From Felis catus (Eukaryota): a stretch of 64,000 nucleotides of DNA. The position numbers and the translations under genes were made by a program. The notes beneath the pieces were generated by a model. The model had not been told where the DNA came from, ran no database searches, and saw nothing but the letters and a program-made list of their open reading frames with translations. Shown here piece by piece: positions 26,491 to 40,852 of the stretch (position 1 is its first letter; each line of letters begins with the position of its first letter). The stretch spans positions 58,840,001-58,904,000 of the forward strand of contig NC_058368.1 of assembly GCF_018350175.1 (NCBI RefSeq), in the 5' to 3' direction.

Positions 26491-27914
26491 TTGTCTTAGT
26501 TATAGTTTGTATATAATGAACTAATCAAGCATTCCCAGCACATATTTATAATTTTCTTTCAATAATTAAATTTTGGGATGTAAAACATACATGGTAATAG
26601 TAACAAATATTTATTACCTTTTAGAAAATAAGTTAGTGGTGATATCGAAATCAGATTATTGTTTAGGGATTAGTGCACAGATTGGTTCAGTGATTTAAAA
26701 TATTTACAATACAGATTTTCAATGGCATTTATATGCAAAAGGAAAAACAGTGATCTCAAACAGCTAATAGAGTTTTACAAAGGAAAAAAAATATCTATTA
26801 TAGAATTATGGATATATGTTTGAGTTCCTGTTGTGCAGTTCACTGCTATATCTGGGATGGGAGCAAAGGAAGTATAAAGTATACCTTCTGACATCAAAAG
26901 TTTTGTAATCCACAACAGATTGGGTAATGACAAAACAGCAATAATATATGCTAACATCTAATAGAGTATGGAGGCAAGACTCATTGAGAAAGGAGGTCAC
27001 GTCTTCAGAGACAGAAGACGTAGCATAAATCAATGACACAGTATGGGATGTGCACAAAATATTCAGAGAAACATCTATAGGTAGTTTGTTCTAAAGAATG
27101 AATCACAGAGATGGAATATTCATAGTGAATCTGGAAAATTGGGAGGGGTCAGTTTTTAGGTGTCTATAAACAATGAAAATAAATTATTCATTAATCTGTT
27201 TTTAAGTTTTGGGAAATGTTGAAAATACTTGTCTTAGTTGCTCAAACATATGTAATCTAATTTTCTATAAATGGTAAAAAAAAAAAGTGATTTGGGGATT
27301 ACGCTGATCTACACCATTTATCTGCTTTACCCCAAATTTAATGAGAACTCTGATTTTAAAAAATTAACCATTAATTTATAATTCTTTTTCTGAGTTATCT
27401 TGTCTTTCTTCATGAGACCTGTCACCATTCAAATTCTGTAGTCTATAAACTGTTCAATTTCCTAAATCATTTCCCTTCCTTGTAGTTCTCCTATTCCTAG
27501 TAACTATCTTACTCTTTTTTTGAGATCATTTATCTAAGTACAGTGTATTCATTTTTCTCTCACTTCCAGAAATGTTCCCTGATTCCACTGCTTTATCCCA
27601 GTGTTTCTTTAACTCTAGCTTATGGTTTCTTACTCCACCATCACTGAATGAAAATATCCATTCACTTCCTAAAATTGTTAATACTGAAGCTCCAATGCCA
27701 CTGGCACAGTGTAAAATGCTTACACAAAATTAATCATAACTGGTTATATATTTTGGTTTGTGTGCTAGGTCTCTCTTATAAAATGAAATACTACTTGGAG
27801 AATAAATTTTGATATTTTAAAAACATTTTATACCCTCTAATGCCTAGTCCTATAATTTGCATTCAGTAAAGCGAGCTGGACCTATTGAACTAATAAGCTG
27901 CAATTAAATTTTTT

Positions 27915-28130
27915 AAGTTTATTTATTTATTTTGAGAGAGAGATTGAGAGAGAGAGAGAGAGCATGGGGAGGGGCAGAGAGAGAGGAAAAAAGAGAATCC
28001 CAAGCAGGCCCCCCTTGGTATCAGTGAGGAGCCAGACTGTGAAACTTGATCTCTCACAAACCACAAGATCATGACCTTAGCTGAAATCAAGAGCCAGATG
28101 CTTAATCAACTGAGCCACCCAGATGCCCTG
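27915..28130 (-). mobile_element. Can-SINE
   Basis: agaatcccaagcagg...gctgaaatcaagagcc; approximate TSD caatta(a/c)attttttaa. Confidence 0.92.
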
Positions 28131-28688
28131 CCAATTACATTTTTTAATCAAACTTTTACAGCTCTGGAAATAATCAAACATTAGGAAATACCTATAGCAA
28201 AATAAATTCTGTTTCATAAGCACTCCTCCAACTTCCAGGAATTCCTCATCTAAATAGGTTCTATGATCAATTGACCTTATTGTTATATAAATACACGTTC
28301 CTTTCAAGGCAAATTGTTGCATTGCATATATTATCTCAGTTTATCATGATCTAGGCACCTGTCAAAAGATTCTTAGGTTCTTCTTAATAAAATTAAGGTG
28401 GTTCTAGGTTAAAAGGAATTACCTTAATTAATGATGATGTTGAAATCCAGGTCAGGAAGCCTAACTCTTGCTGAGATGGTAACCCCATAATAAACAAGGC
28501 TTCCCAGCAGCACTGCCCAGTTTTCCCTTTTACCCACATTGGGTACATAGGATTCTAAGTGCTGAGGAGAGAATAACTTCAATATATGTATGAAGAATAT
28601 TTCAGTAAGTGAGTAAATTCACAATTACCTACTTATTATTACCTCCAATGGTGCTAATATTTTGACACTATCCAAAGCTTGAATTCTT

Positions 28689-29101
28689 TTTTTAAATATA
28701 ATTTATTGTCAAATTGGCTTACATACAACACCCAGTGCTCATCCCAACAAGTGCCCTTCTCAATGCCCATCACCCATTTTCCCCTCTCCCCCAGCCCCCA
28801 TCAACCCTCAGTTTGTTCTCTTTAAGAGTCTTTTATGGTTTGCCTCCCTCCCTCTCTGTAACTATTTTTTTTCCCCTTCCCTTCCCCCATGGTCTTCTGT
28901 TAAGTTTCTCAAGATGCACATATAAGTGAAAGCATATGATATCTGTCTTTCTCTGACTGACTTATTTCACTTAGCATAATACCCTCCAGTTCCATCCATG
29001 TTGCTGCAAATGTCATGATTTCATTCTTTCTCATTGCCAAGTAGTATTCCATTATATATATAAACCACATCTTTATCCATTCATCAGTTGTTGGACATTT
29101 A
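28689..29101 (-). mobile_element. Felid L1, 5'-truncated insertion
   Basis: L1 3' end; 16-bp TSD caaagc(t/c)tgaattctt at 28673-28688 and 29102-29117. Confidence 0.93.
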
Positions 29102-31624
29102 CAAAGCCTGAATTCTTAAACACTCATTACTTTAGTCCCTATTGACCAACACCAGCTTTAATAGTGAAATGGAAAAAAAAAAAACATAGAGACATTGCAA
29201 TAGTGTCTTCTAATAATGAAGAAGTATTGTTTAAATAATGTAAATGATATAGAATAGCTAACATTAGATGTGTATATTAATTACTTAAGAGTTTTGCTTT
29301 GATTTCAAAATTTAAATATATATGAGGCATTAAATCTTATTATTTATCATAGAAATGATTGTCAAAATGTTTTCTTTATAAGTTCCCCTCCAGTTAAAAG
29401 GCATTATAATTTTTAACCTTTCTTTAATATTAGATTTAAATGTCTTTTGTTATTTTATGATACTTTGTAACATTTTCAAAGTTATTAAAATAGTATACAA
29501 TATTTTTTTTTATTTTATAGAGGTACAACATATTTCTTCTCTTTTACAAACATTTTTTCTCCTTGGAGAGTACATACTTGGAACACTTTGGATACACTTT
29601 GAATGGTACAGCTCAATATTTCCAGATATAGTTTTCTTCAACTCTCTAGATATTTTGACAAAAATTTTTAGAAAAAAAATGATTCATTTGAAAATCTTCA
29701 CAGGTTAATTACTTGTATGTTTATATTTTTTTTCTTGCCAATCTTTTTTTTTATCTTTATAGCACATTCAACTACGAATAAGGGGAAAAATGAGTACATC
29801 AAACATAAAACCATCAATGGCAGTTTTATTAGCAGCTAAGATTGTGTCTTTGTTTATAAAATTGATGCTATGAACTGAAATTAAGTTTGAGGGAATAGAT
29901 TCACCTAATCCAACGATGTTATTTCTGGTCAAAATAATGAAAGATGGGAAGTTCCTTTATGTTGCAGATCACTTATTATCAGTTTGTGGGACTCCTTATG
30001 TTACACTACTTAAACATTCAGTGATTGAAGTTCTGGCTACACATGATGATTTTTAAAACATAATGGAAAAGTCTCTAAAATTCCATGGAATTAAGTAGAG
30101 GAAATCCTGACACTCATCTTTCCTGAGACCTTCTGTGTAATTTAAGCAATATAGTGTATCATTTTCTTTTCTTTTTTTTTTTTGCTTTTTATCTTAGATT
30201 TTTAAATTTCCTATCTCTCATTAGCATAGTCATAATGACTGCAAAAATAAGTATCCCTAAGAACCTGTAGCTTCTTTGAATTACATACATATCATTCTTC
30301 CTACCCAGACACTGAACTATATTCATTTAATCTCTCTAACCAATAATTGTTCTCCAAATAAGATCTACAAATAAGATCCTCACATATCTTCATATATCAG
30401 TTAATAACTTCACATTTCTTATGATTGAGTCGCAAAAGGTTGAGTCTTCAAAAAATGTTGAGAGCTCCAACAATTAAATGCTTTTTTTAAATTCTATTTG
30501 ATGTCTTGTTGCTGTATGTGTGACTCATGTGCTAAAAAGAAGGGTAACAAAAAAATTCTTTTGAAAGGATTCAATACCCTAAGATGAAACACTAGCCAGC
30601 CCTAGATCAATTCATGTTTCCTTTGAACTTTATACTAATTACACAATTATGTGTCATTGCATTATTATTTTACTAAATTTCAAAGCAAAAAGACTCATTA
30701 TCAGAGAAGTTAATTTTCAAGTGAAAAGGTCAAGGTCACTTGTAATTAGTTTCCTGTAGAATTCTATTCCTCGGGGGTTAAAAAAAAAAGTATTGTAGAA
30801 GGAAAAAAGCTAAAGAAACTCAAATATAGTGTGCCCCTTTAATCTGGAACTTTACTGAGAAGAGTAGCCGGAATACAGAAAGGCAGTATTAACTTTAACA
30901 AAAGCAATAGGAAATTATTGGGTGAACTATGATCCTATAGTAAAACTGAGAGGTCTAATCGCATCCGGATATGTTGTAAGATATGGGTTGGACATTACTT
31001 CATCGTGAATCCTTTAGACATCAATAGGAATGTGTTTTTAGACCTGGGGTTGCATAAATATAATTTTGAAACTTTATTCTGAGGTTATTTCACATGTTTC
31101 CATACATTAACACATAGATGCATGTGCCTTCTTAATAAATACTTCATTTTTCAATGTCATCCCAAGAAGTGCTGAGACTAAGATTTTATTTTCCCTATTT
31201 TGTTGGATTCTGTGTTCCATGATCGCATAACACAATATGAGGGCTAGGAAGAAAATCACATTCTCTAGTTTAGAAATCAGTCATTTCCAGTTTTTGTTGT
31301 TGTTTTGTGTTATTGTGTTATTGTCAGCGTCTTTCATGCAGGTATTCTTTCTATCATAGGGCAAACACCTTCCTAATTCACTAAGTGTAAACTTCCTGAC
31401 AAGTGACTTTTTTTCTCATATTATTCTAATACTACTGTCATATTTTCATACTGTCGTATGTTTTATACTGTCATATATTTCACATATTCCTTCTAAATTG
31501 TGGGTGTTTTGCCTGATTTCCATATGAATATATATGAAAGGGATTCATCACAAAGAAATGTATTTATCATTTGAATCCAGTTGAAACAAAAAGATACAAA
31601 ATTTTATTTAAGAGAACAGGTTAA

Positions 31625-31743
31625 GGGTGACTGCGTGACTCAGTCAGTTAAGTGTCTGACTCTTGATCTCAGCTCAGGTCTTGGTCTCAGGGTTGTGAGT
31701 TCAAGCCCTACATTGGTCTCTGTGCTACGCTTGAAGCTTACTT

Positions 31744-31773
<30 letters not shown>
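31625..31773 (+). mobile_element. Short old Can-SINE with (CAAAA)n tail
   Basis: TSD aacaggtta at 31615-31623 and 31774-31782. Confidence 0.88.
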
Positions 31774-31774
<1 letters not shown>

Positions 31775-32499
31775 ACAGGTTATTTAGAAAGCATACACAG
31801 TAATTTAAAGGTGGTAAGTTAAAAAAATATATGTTGTTTTATCTTTTTGAATAGAAAAGGAGTAAGAATTACATCTTTTTATCTTTTTCTTTCAACTTCC
31901 TTCCTAACTTCATGTGTGTGTGTGTATTTTACTAAATTCCATCTGAATTTGTTAAAGAAAAATAACTATGTATTTCATAAAGAAATGTATTTTCAGTACT
32001 GAAGCTAGACTACACATATGGTAAACAAAACAAAACAAAACTGTCACTTTTACTATAAAGGGTATTATGGCAAATGGCATTATGTAAATGATCCTAGGTA
32101 AACGGTACTATAGGAATAAATAAAAATAGATAAAATGATCTTCTTTAAAATATATAATGAACTATCATATGGAAAATAAAGTTAAGAGTTAGCTGTGTTA
32201 AGGAGGAATATTGGAATTGAAAATAGGTAGGAATTTCTAAGAATTAGTCCTAGTAAATTCTCAATAGGAGTAAAAAATGAATATTTATAGTTTGCTGAAT
32301 TCTTTCAAATTTCCTTTACATAGAGTGCCTCAATGAGTTTTCAAAAATATTAAAATTATTAGAACACTATTATTCTTTTTCATTTTAAAAATGGGAGATA
32401 TGAAATTCAGAGAATCTGTTTTTCCTAAAAAAAAGCTGCTTTTCCACTGCTACCGTACAATTATCTCTAAACTTTACTGAAAATGCACAAGCAGAAGAT

Positions 32500-32675
32500 T
32501 TATTTTATATGTGTTAATAAACAATAAAATCAACTCTGAAAAGTAAGTTATTATTCCATTTATGAAAACACTTTGACTCCTATAGGTTAAATAAGTTGCT
32601 CAAGGTCATGTAATAGACCAAGGAAGTCGAATTGGAATTCATATCTTTCTGACCCTGAAGTAGATGTTCTTTTCA
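32500..32675 (-). mobile_element. MIR fragment
   Basis: ttattattccattt...ggttaaataagttgctcaaggtca. Confidence 0.55.
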
Positions 32676-34489
32676 CATTCTTCTAGTATCACATTATCAA
32701 GGTTTTGTAGACAGAAATTATTTACTTAGATAGACACTAGACTTGATGTTCTTGGAGTACCCATCCACTTAAAATGCTAGATATATCATTTTATAATTAC
32801 GTACCTGTTTAGGAATATTGAATTTAACTGAATTATCAGTGATCCAGACCCATCTTACAGAGGGGAACTTTTTCATTATTGAACAAGAAATAATACATTA
32901 GTTAAAAATTGAAACATTAAAATATGAGTGGGTTGCAGAACGTTTTCAAATTTTGATAAGCCATGTTTCTTTCGTATCATTGTGGCTGTACAAAGCACAC
33001 GTTTCTTAGGTGAATTATCCTGAGCAAACTTATCTTTTAAAGAATTGTGTCAAGTAAGATTTAGGGATTGGATTGATGATAGGATTATAAACAGCCTATG
33101 GTTTGCTCTTCTCAAAGCATCTTCCTTTTGCTCTCGAAATGGCTACTTTATTATTTTATCTGAAATTCCATGTTTTAAAGCTTCATATGATTTTTCAGCT
33201 GATAAACCTCCTAAAATGCCCACATCTTGGTGTGGCTGTAGTTGAAATAACTTGTTTTGATTGTTTTGTTTTAGTTTGGAGGTTACAGCAACAATTCAAA
33301 GAGGAAAATCAATCCACTTAGGGAGAAAAATAAAAGAGTAAAACCCTTGTCCCAAGGGATGCCAGAGCATGAACCTTCGTGGAGCCCTGGCAACCATTTG
33401 GCTATGGGAGGCTAATAATCACATGACAGGAAAAGAGGCATCAAGCATGGAGAAGGACCAAGAATACAAGGAGGCAGGAATCAAACGACCATCTTCATCC
33501 AATTTCTCAACCTCCTACTTTTCATCCTCAAGTTATAATCTTTTACAAACTGACCTCTATAAACTCTTTCTATTCCATTTTGTTTTTAATACCTATTATT
33601 GTTTCCTAAGGATTGCTGAATCCACCATGGGAAACTAGATAGGTAAGTTTAGAGTTCCCACAAGTTCCGAGGCAGGTGATGAATGAAAGACATAGGATTT
33701 AAAATGTGGGAGAGAATCTACTTTCAGAGTGGGTGTGTGGGAGGGCATGGGGGTGGAGCTTACTTGACCTGCATATTCTTATAACCAGCAGGCATGCTAT
33801 GCATTACTTGCATGCCTTTGGCTGCCCATCTACAGTAGAGAAGACAGAATAAAACTGTGACTATTTCTATAGCATAATGTGGGGCGTGTGGAAAAATCAA
33901 GACCTCCTTCTTAATGAAGGTGTATAAGCATTGCCTAGAGTAGGGTTTATGGATGTGTATCTGACGAAAAAGGAAACAGGCAATAGGGTTAAAAATCCAA
34001 AGGAATCAGGACATGTATTTTATAAATGGAAACCAAGCTCTTCATTATACAGCAAATTTTGTTGTTTATTCTTAATTACCTACATGAATCAAATTTTTTA
34101 AATTAGGCAAGTTTACTCCTGTGTTATCATATATATCACAAATATAATGTTGAAGGTGTGAATGATGAAGAATCTTTATTGAAGTGATTCACCAGTGTCT
34201 GAAATACACGTGTTTCTCAATACTTCTTTTTGAAATTAAATAAAATGTCAACACATGTAGGGAGACTTCAGATCTCTGAAATATCAAAGATTACTTTTTA
34301 TATTGATAAGTTGAAGGCATGAGTGGAAGCTAAACAAACATATTCAAAATTAAAATATGATAAATGTGATGAAAAAGTATGATGTTTGCAAATGTGAATA
34401 ATATAGTGTTTAACCCATTCAAATGACATGGTAACAGATTTTGAAATGTTTTTTTAAGATCATTGTAAGATGAGGAATGATAAGACAGT

Positions 34490-34690
34490 AGAAGCTGGAA
34501 TTTTCTAAGTCAAGGAAATCTGAACTTGAGCACTACTTTGTGTTTGACTCTGGGCATTTTAACTTCATGAGCCTCATTCACCTACAGGTAAGATGGTAGT
34601 AATGACATTACTTGCATGTTTGGTATGAGGCCTAAACTAAATATATATAAAGCATGTACAACTGAGTATAGGTAGGCTAACACTAAACTT
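34490..34690 (+). mobile_element. MIR fragment
   Basis: gggcattttaacttcatgagcctca...atatataaagca. Confidence 0.5.
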
Positions 34691-34944
34691 TAGATAACTT
34701 TATCACTTATGTATAATTTACTAATGGGTAGATCTTATAAAGGATCACTGCTAAGGGAAGTCCAGATAAGCTCAGTTTTAACATTGTAACTACACAATAC
34801 TAATCTTTATAACTTCACATTTTTCTCTCTTAAATGTTATACTCTTTTAGACATGCAATAATACATAGTATTAATGGTACTCAAATATTAAAGACTAAAA
34901 TGAATTATATTATAAATAAACTATTTTTAAATTGTATGTGATTT

Positions 34945-35160
34945 AAATTTTTTTTTACTGTTTATTCGTTTTGAAAAAGAGAGAGAGACACAGTGTGAGC
35001 AAAGGAGGGGCAGAGAGAGAAGGAGACACAGAATCTGAAGTAGGCTCCAGGCTCTGAGCTGTAGCACAGAGCCTAATGTGGGGCTTGAACTCACAAGCCA
35101 CGAGATCATGATCTGAGCCAAAGTCAGACACTCAACCAACTGAGCCACCCAGGCACCCCA
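34945..35160 (-). mobile_element. Can-SINE
   Basis: Perfect 17-bp TSD taaattgtatgtgattt at 34928-34944 and 35161-35177. Confidence 0.96.
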
Positions 35161-35593
35161 TAAATTGTATGTGATTTTAAAATCCTTCATATAGTCTCTT
35201 CAACAAATGGACATCCACATATGAAAAAAAAAAAGAATCTAGATTTACCTTTCACAAAAATAACTCAAAATGTATGGTAGGCCTACATATAAAACTCATA
35301 ACTATAAAACTGCTAGAAGATAACATCAGACAAAATCTAGGTGATTTAAAACATGGTGATGATTTTATAGATACCATCAAAGGCATGATCTATATTTTAA
35401 AAACGACAAGCTGGATTTTGTTAAAATTAAAATCCTCTGCTCCATAAAACATACTGTAGAGAGAACGAGAAGAAAACCACAGGCTAGGGGAAATATTTGC
35501 AAAAAACATATCTGATAAACATCTGTCATCCAAAATATACAGTGAACCCTTAACATTCAACAATAAGAAAAAACCTGATTAAAAAATAGGCCA

Positions 35594-35780
35594 GGGCACC
35601 TGGGTGGCTCAGTTGGTTATGCATCCAGTTCTTAATTTCAGCTCCAGTAATGAGCTTACAGGTCCAGCCCAAGTTCACAGAGCCTACTTGGGAATCTCTC
35701 TCTCCCTCTCTCTCTCTATGCTCCTCCCCTGCTAGTACTTACTCTCTGTCTCTCTCAAAATAAATAAATAAACTTAAAAA
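35594..35780 (+). mobile_element. Can-SINE within the L1
   Basis: gggcacctgggtggctcag head, (CT)n, A tail. Confidence 0.9.
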
Positions 35781-36155
35781 CATAGGCTAAATAACTTAAC
35801 AGACCCCCAACCAAAGAAGATATAAAGATGACAAAAATATATGCTAAAAAATGCTTTACATCATATGTGATCAGGGAAAGACAAATTAAAACAACAATGA
35901 AATATCATTACACACCTATTAGAAAGGCCAAAACCTGGAATACTCACAACACAAATACTGGGGAGGCTGTGGAACAACTGAAACTCTCATTTGCTGCTGA
36001 TGAGAATGAAGAATGGTTATAGCCACTTTGGAAGACAATTTGGCAGTTTCTTACAAAACTAAACAAATGTTATTATATGATCCAGCAACTGTGCTAGTTG
36101 GTATTTACCCAAATGAGTTAAAAACTTATGTCCACATAAAACCCAACATACATAT

Positions 36156-36400
36156 GTTTTTATTTTTGTTTTTTTTTTTTGTGTGTGTGTTTTTTTAAGT
36201 ATGTTCATTTTGAGAGAGAGAGAGAGAAAGAGAAAGGGCAGGGGAGGGGCAGAGAGAGAGAGAAGGAGAGAGAGAATCCCAAGCAGGTTCTACACTGTCA
36301 GCATGGAGCCCAACTCAAGGTTCGAACTCATGAACCGTGAGATCATGACCTTAAGCAAAATCAAGTGACAGATGCTTAACCAACTGAGCCACCCAAGTGG
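36156..36400 (-). mobile_element. Can-SINE within the L1
   Basis: Poly-T, (GA)n, agaatcccaagcagg...actgagccaccca. Confidence 0.92.
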
Positions 36401-37062
36401 CTTATTAAGTGGCTTATAGCAGCTTTATTCATAATTGCTCAAACTTGGAAATGACCATAATTGTCCTTCAGTAGGAAAATGGATAAATAAACTGTGGTAT
36501 ATCCAAGCAATGGAATATAATTCAGCACTAGAAAGAAATAAGGTATTAAGCCATAAAAAGCCATGGAGAAAACCTAAATGATATTACTAAGTGAAACAAG
36601 CTAATCTGAAAAGGCTGCATACTATGATTTCAACCCTATGACTTTCTTGAAAATGCAAAACTATGAATGGAAATAGTAAAAAGATCAGTAATTGTTGAGG
36701 GGTGGAAGAATTAGACAAAGCAGAGGATTTACAGGGGAGTGAAATGTGCTCTAGGTTACTATAATGGAGGATACATACCATTATGCTGGTGGATACATAT
36801 CATTGTAAATTTGCCAAAACTCATAGAATGCACAGCATCCATAGTGAATTCTAGTGCAAACTATGGAATTTGGGGTGATATTTATGAAACAATGTATATT
36901 CATCAATTGCTATAACTGTACCACTCTGGTAGGGAATGTTGATGGTGGGCAAGCCAGGCTTCTGTGGAGCCAAGAGGTATGTGAGACCTTTATTTTCTGA
37001 TCAGTTTTGTGGTGAACCAAAAAATGCCCTAAAATTAAAGTTTATTTAGAAAGAAAAAATAA

Positions 37063-37253
37063 GGGGTGCCTGGGTGGCTCAATCTGTTAAGCATCTGACT
37101 CTTGGTTTCGGCTCACTTCATGATCCCACGGTTCATGGGTCTTTACCCTTTATTGGGCAGCATAGAGCCTGCTTGGAATTCTCTCTCTTTCCCTCTCTCT
37201 CTGCACCTCTCAAAATGAATAAACTTAAACAATAAATAAAAAATAATAATTAA
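37063..37253 (+). mobile_element. Can-SINE in the L1 tail
   Basis: ggggtgcctgggtggctca head and A-rich tail. Confidence 0.9.
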
Positions 37254-40200
37254 AAAATTCCTCATATTATAAAGTTGTTTCTCTAGGATTCAAATGATAT
37301 ATTTACTGAATTGCTGATCTTTATTTTAACTTACAAGCACTGGCAAAGGTTGTTTTGTTGTTGCAAGTAGAGGTCTTAAAAATAGAATAATGAAAATATC
37401 TGATACCACAATCTCTATGTGTAAGGTAATTCTAACAACATTTAAGTTACATGTTTATACATGAAGTTTTTAATTAATGCAATGCATCATGAAAACTATC
37501 TGTATGTATTTTCTTTGTCAATGTTTAAGTCTACGAGACAGAAGAGAAAGTAAATTCATACTAAATTGTGTTTAAAAATATATAGACTATTGATAAATAG
37601 TAATTATTCTGAATTTGAAAAAATAAACTACATTATGAGTTCTATCTGCCATGTGCACATGTTGTTCAATACAGTAAATCATTTAGCATTTTTCCACTTG
37701 TATCTAGAATGTGCTTATATGTCATTTTGAACAATCTACAGTTACATGATATATGTCTAGAGTTACGGAAATGTCTGATTTTTCTTTCAATTAAATGTTA
37801 AATACAGAAGCAAAGACATACATTTCTGTGTCTCCATATGGCCTATAGATATTCATGGTTATGACAGTCTGATGAAGACCACAGCCCTGAGAATAAAACA
37901 AAACCCAATAAAATAACAACAATAAAACAGGGTTCCAATTCTGATCTTGTTACTCTTAGTAGTTATATGATACAAGACAAATATTTCAAACCTCTTATTT
38001 GTAAAATAAAAAAATAGAATATATAAACTCTAGAAATTTATGATGTTCTGATATCTGAGAAATGTGTCTGCTTTGTCATAATACAATGTCTTCCCCGGTA
38101 AAGTACTGCAGAATGCTAGGAATAGGCCCAAAATGTGTCTATGAAAATCTTAATTGATGAAATCATATGTAGCATTTAAATTGATCTTATTCTTCTAGAT
38201 TCATGACTTCTCTGAACTCTATTGTTAACTTTCTTATTCTACCATGTATTGCCTTATGATACATGTGAATCATAAAACATGGTAACAGGAGCTTATATGT
38301 CTTTGTATTGCTTATACCATTAAGTAATGGGATGAAAACACACTTATCATCCATTCACTAATGGTGATTTCATCACTGATAACACTGAATTTAAAATTGA
38401 AGACATTAATTGGGGCAAAAAATGATATTTTGTGTGTACAATCTGTTCAAGTCCACCTATAATGCCAAATATAATGACATGACAAATGACCAGAGATTTT
38501 TATACTAAGTGAGCAAGTCAAAATACCTTACTTAAATGCATATTACTGATTTTTCTAACTGATGGAACCTAAGATATGTAGGAGGCAATAACTACTTGTG
38601 GAAGGTCTCTGCTTTCTATGTTTTAAAATTATGAGACAAAAATACTCTATTTAAAAGGTGTACAATTGTAAGTTATTTTAATTGGAAATACATGAATGTT
38701 TGTGTGTTGTGTGTATGATCAATTTGTTGTTTTGCATTGTTTCTATTCTTCACTAATCTTCTGAAAGACATTTACAAACAGAAGAGTACTTGTCTACTTG
38801 ATTACACTTTCAAAGCAGCTAGAAGAGAATTCTACATCTGGCTGTCTCCTCTATATTACATATACATAAGAATGAATGTATATATAGTCAACATAAATTC
38901 CTCTTTTAAAAACTAGTTGCATTCTATAAAACAGATACTGGTGTTTATTTCCATATAGTACAGAAATTTATTAAACAATATAGTTTTAATAATATAACTC
39001 TTGTAATTCAAAGATAAACTATTATATCGAACTTTTAATTAGAGACAGTTATGGTTAAAAACCTCAGGGAATCTTGAAACAGATGAAACAGATGTATGGA
39101 ATTGAAAATGCAAAAAGGAATATTGTATTTTTAATAAGTTATCCATTCCTTATCAATGAGATCAGTCAATATGGGTGCTCAGATATAGGATTATTCCTCT
39201 TGAGACAGACTTGTAATTGTCTCCTTTCTTATCAAGAACAAGGTTTTATAATCCCCCATCTTCTCAAGAAGAGAACTGCAGCCATTTATGCCTGTATAAT
39301 CAAAACATTCATGGAAAAGAAATAGAGAGGAGTCCTTAAATCCATTGTAGAAACATTTCTTAATTACCGAGAGATCTAAACCTCTCTTCCCAAATAGTCA
39401 GCACTTAATGCACATGGATAATTTTCTTTTCATGTAGAGAATAGTCTCCAATGATAATTATGTACAAAGTCTTACATGTGGAAGTATTTGTTGAGCTTCC
39501 TTTATTTATTTGTGTCTGTTTATATTAAAAAATGTGTATTGTCAATTCTTCAAATTAGTAGTATCCATCATCTTTTTCAAATGTTTGTACATTAGTTACC
39601 ATAGAAGAATAAAAATAGGAAATAACTTAAAGAAAAAAAGTACAAAATAAATTACATGTATATTAAGACTCAATCTTATTTTATTAGTTATTTATATTTT
39701 TAAAAGTTGTGTTTAATGACAAGGGGATACTCATATCACATTTTCAATCCTAGATCAAAGTGTAAGCCTTTTAAATTAAGTGGGTGAAAATATCAAGGCA
39801 GCTTAAAGGCCATTTAGCTGGTACTTCAGTTTACTTACTACTAGAGTAGTAAAGACAGGCTTTCTTCTTCCATGTTATAAAGATGATTCAAGATGGAGAA
39901 TCAACATTACTGATATAATCCTTTCTTACATGTATTATAAAATCTCCATCCAGTTTGGAGAGCAATGGAAGATTATCTGAAGAATACTTTCATATATTTG
40001 CAGTAAGAATTTTCATGGTTATTTAGTGACAAATGATTTCTTAAATAAGGATTAATGCCATCTATGTCTAACAGGTTGACACATTTAAAAAGACTTGATC
40101 CTGTATGATTATGCACTAGTATCACTATCCTACAAAAATTCAAGATTCAGCCATAAATCAGAAGCTGCACTGATATGCAGTGAGAAAACTGTAACTTCCA

Positions 40201-40601
40201 TATACATCAAGAAAAAAAATTAGGATAATTATAAGTTTATTTTGTTGGTTTAATTGTTAGAATGTCAAGGTACATGGGAATAAGGCTGGGGATACTGAAT
40301 TCAGACTTGGGACTTTGAATCTAACAATTAAAGAAAGAAAACACACTGGCCATTTAATTAAGCAAATAATCAAACAGGGACTATAATAAAAGTGTATCTT
40401 TAGTAGGAGTGAGAAGAAATAGAACATGCAGGTAAAATCACCAAAGTTCTAAGTGATTAGCACAGGTCACACGACCCATTAAGAGTTAAAGACCATCACT
40501 GGCTGTTTCAACTCTCAACTACTTGTAGTAGGGAAGCAAATCACACAAGACAGATCCCATTATGACTGAAACATTTAAGCCTTTAAAATTTGTTACCCTG
40601 T

Positions 40602-40852
40602 GGGGCACCTGGGTGGCTCAGTCAGTTAAGCGTCCAACTTTGATTTCGGCTCAGGTCATGATCTCATGGTTCTGAGTTCAAGCCTGTCATGGAGCCCTAC
40701 ATGGAGCCCTATATCAAGCCCCCCATAGGGTTCTATGCTGACAGTGTGGAGCCTGCTTGGGACTCTTTCTCTTTCTCCCTCTCTCTCTGCCCCACCCCAG
40801 TGCTCTCTCTCTCTCTTTCAAAATAAATAAAGAAACTTAAAAAAATAAAAAT
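40602..40852 (+). mobile_element. Can-SINE
   Basis: TSD aaaa(t/c)ttgttaccct at 40585-40599 and 40853-40867. Confidence 0.95.

Larger units (their letters stand above)
35193..37060 (+). mobile_element. Ancient L1 (L1MC-like) ORF2 end and 3'UTR
   Basis: cttcaacaaatgg, ataaaactgctagaagataac, gtggtatatccaagcaatggaata, gtaccactctggtagggaatgttgat. Confidence 0.85.
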
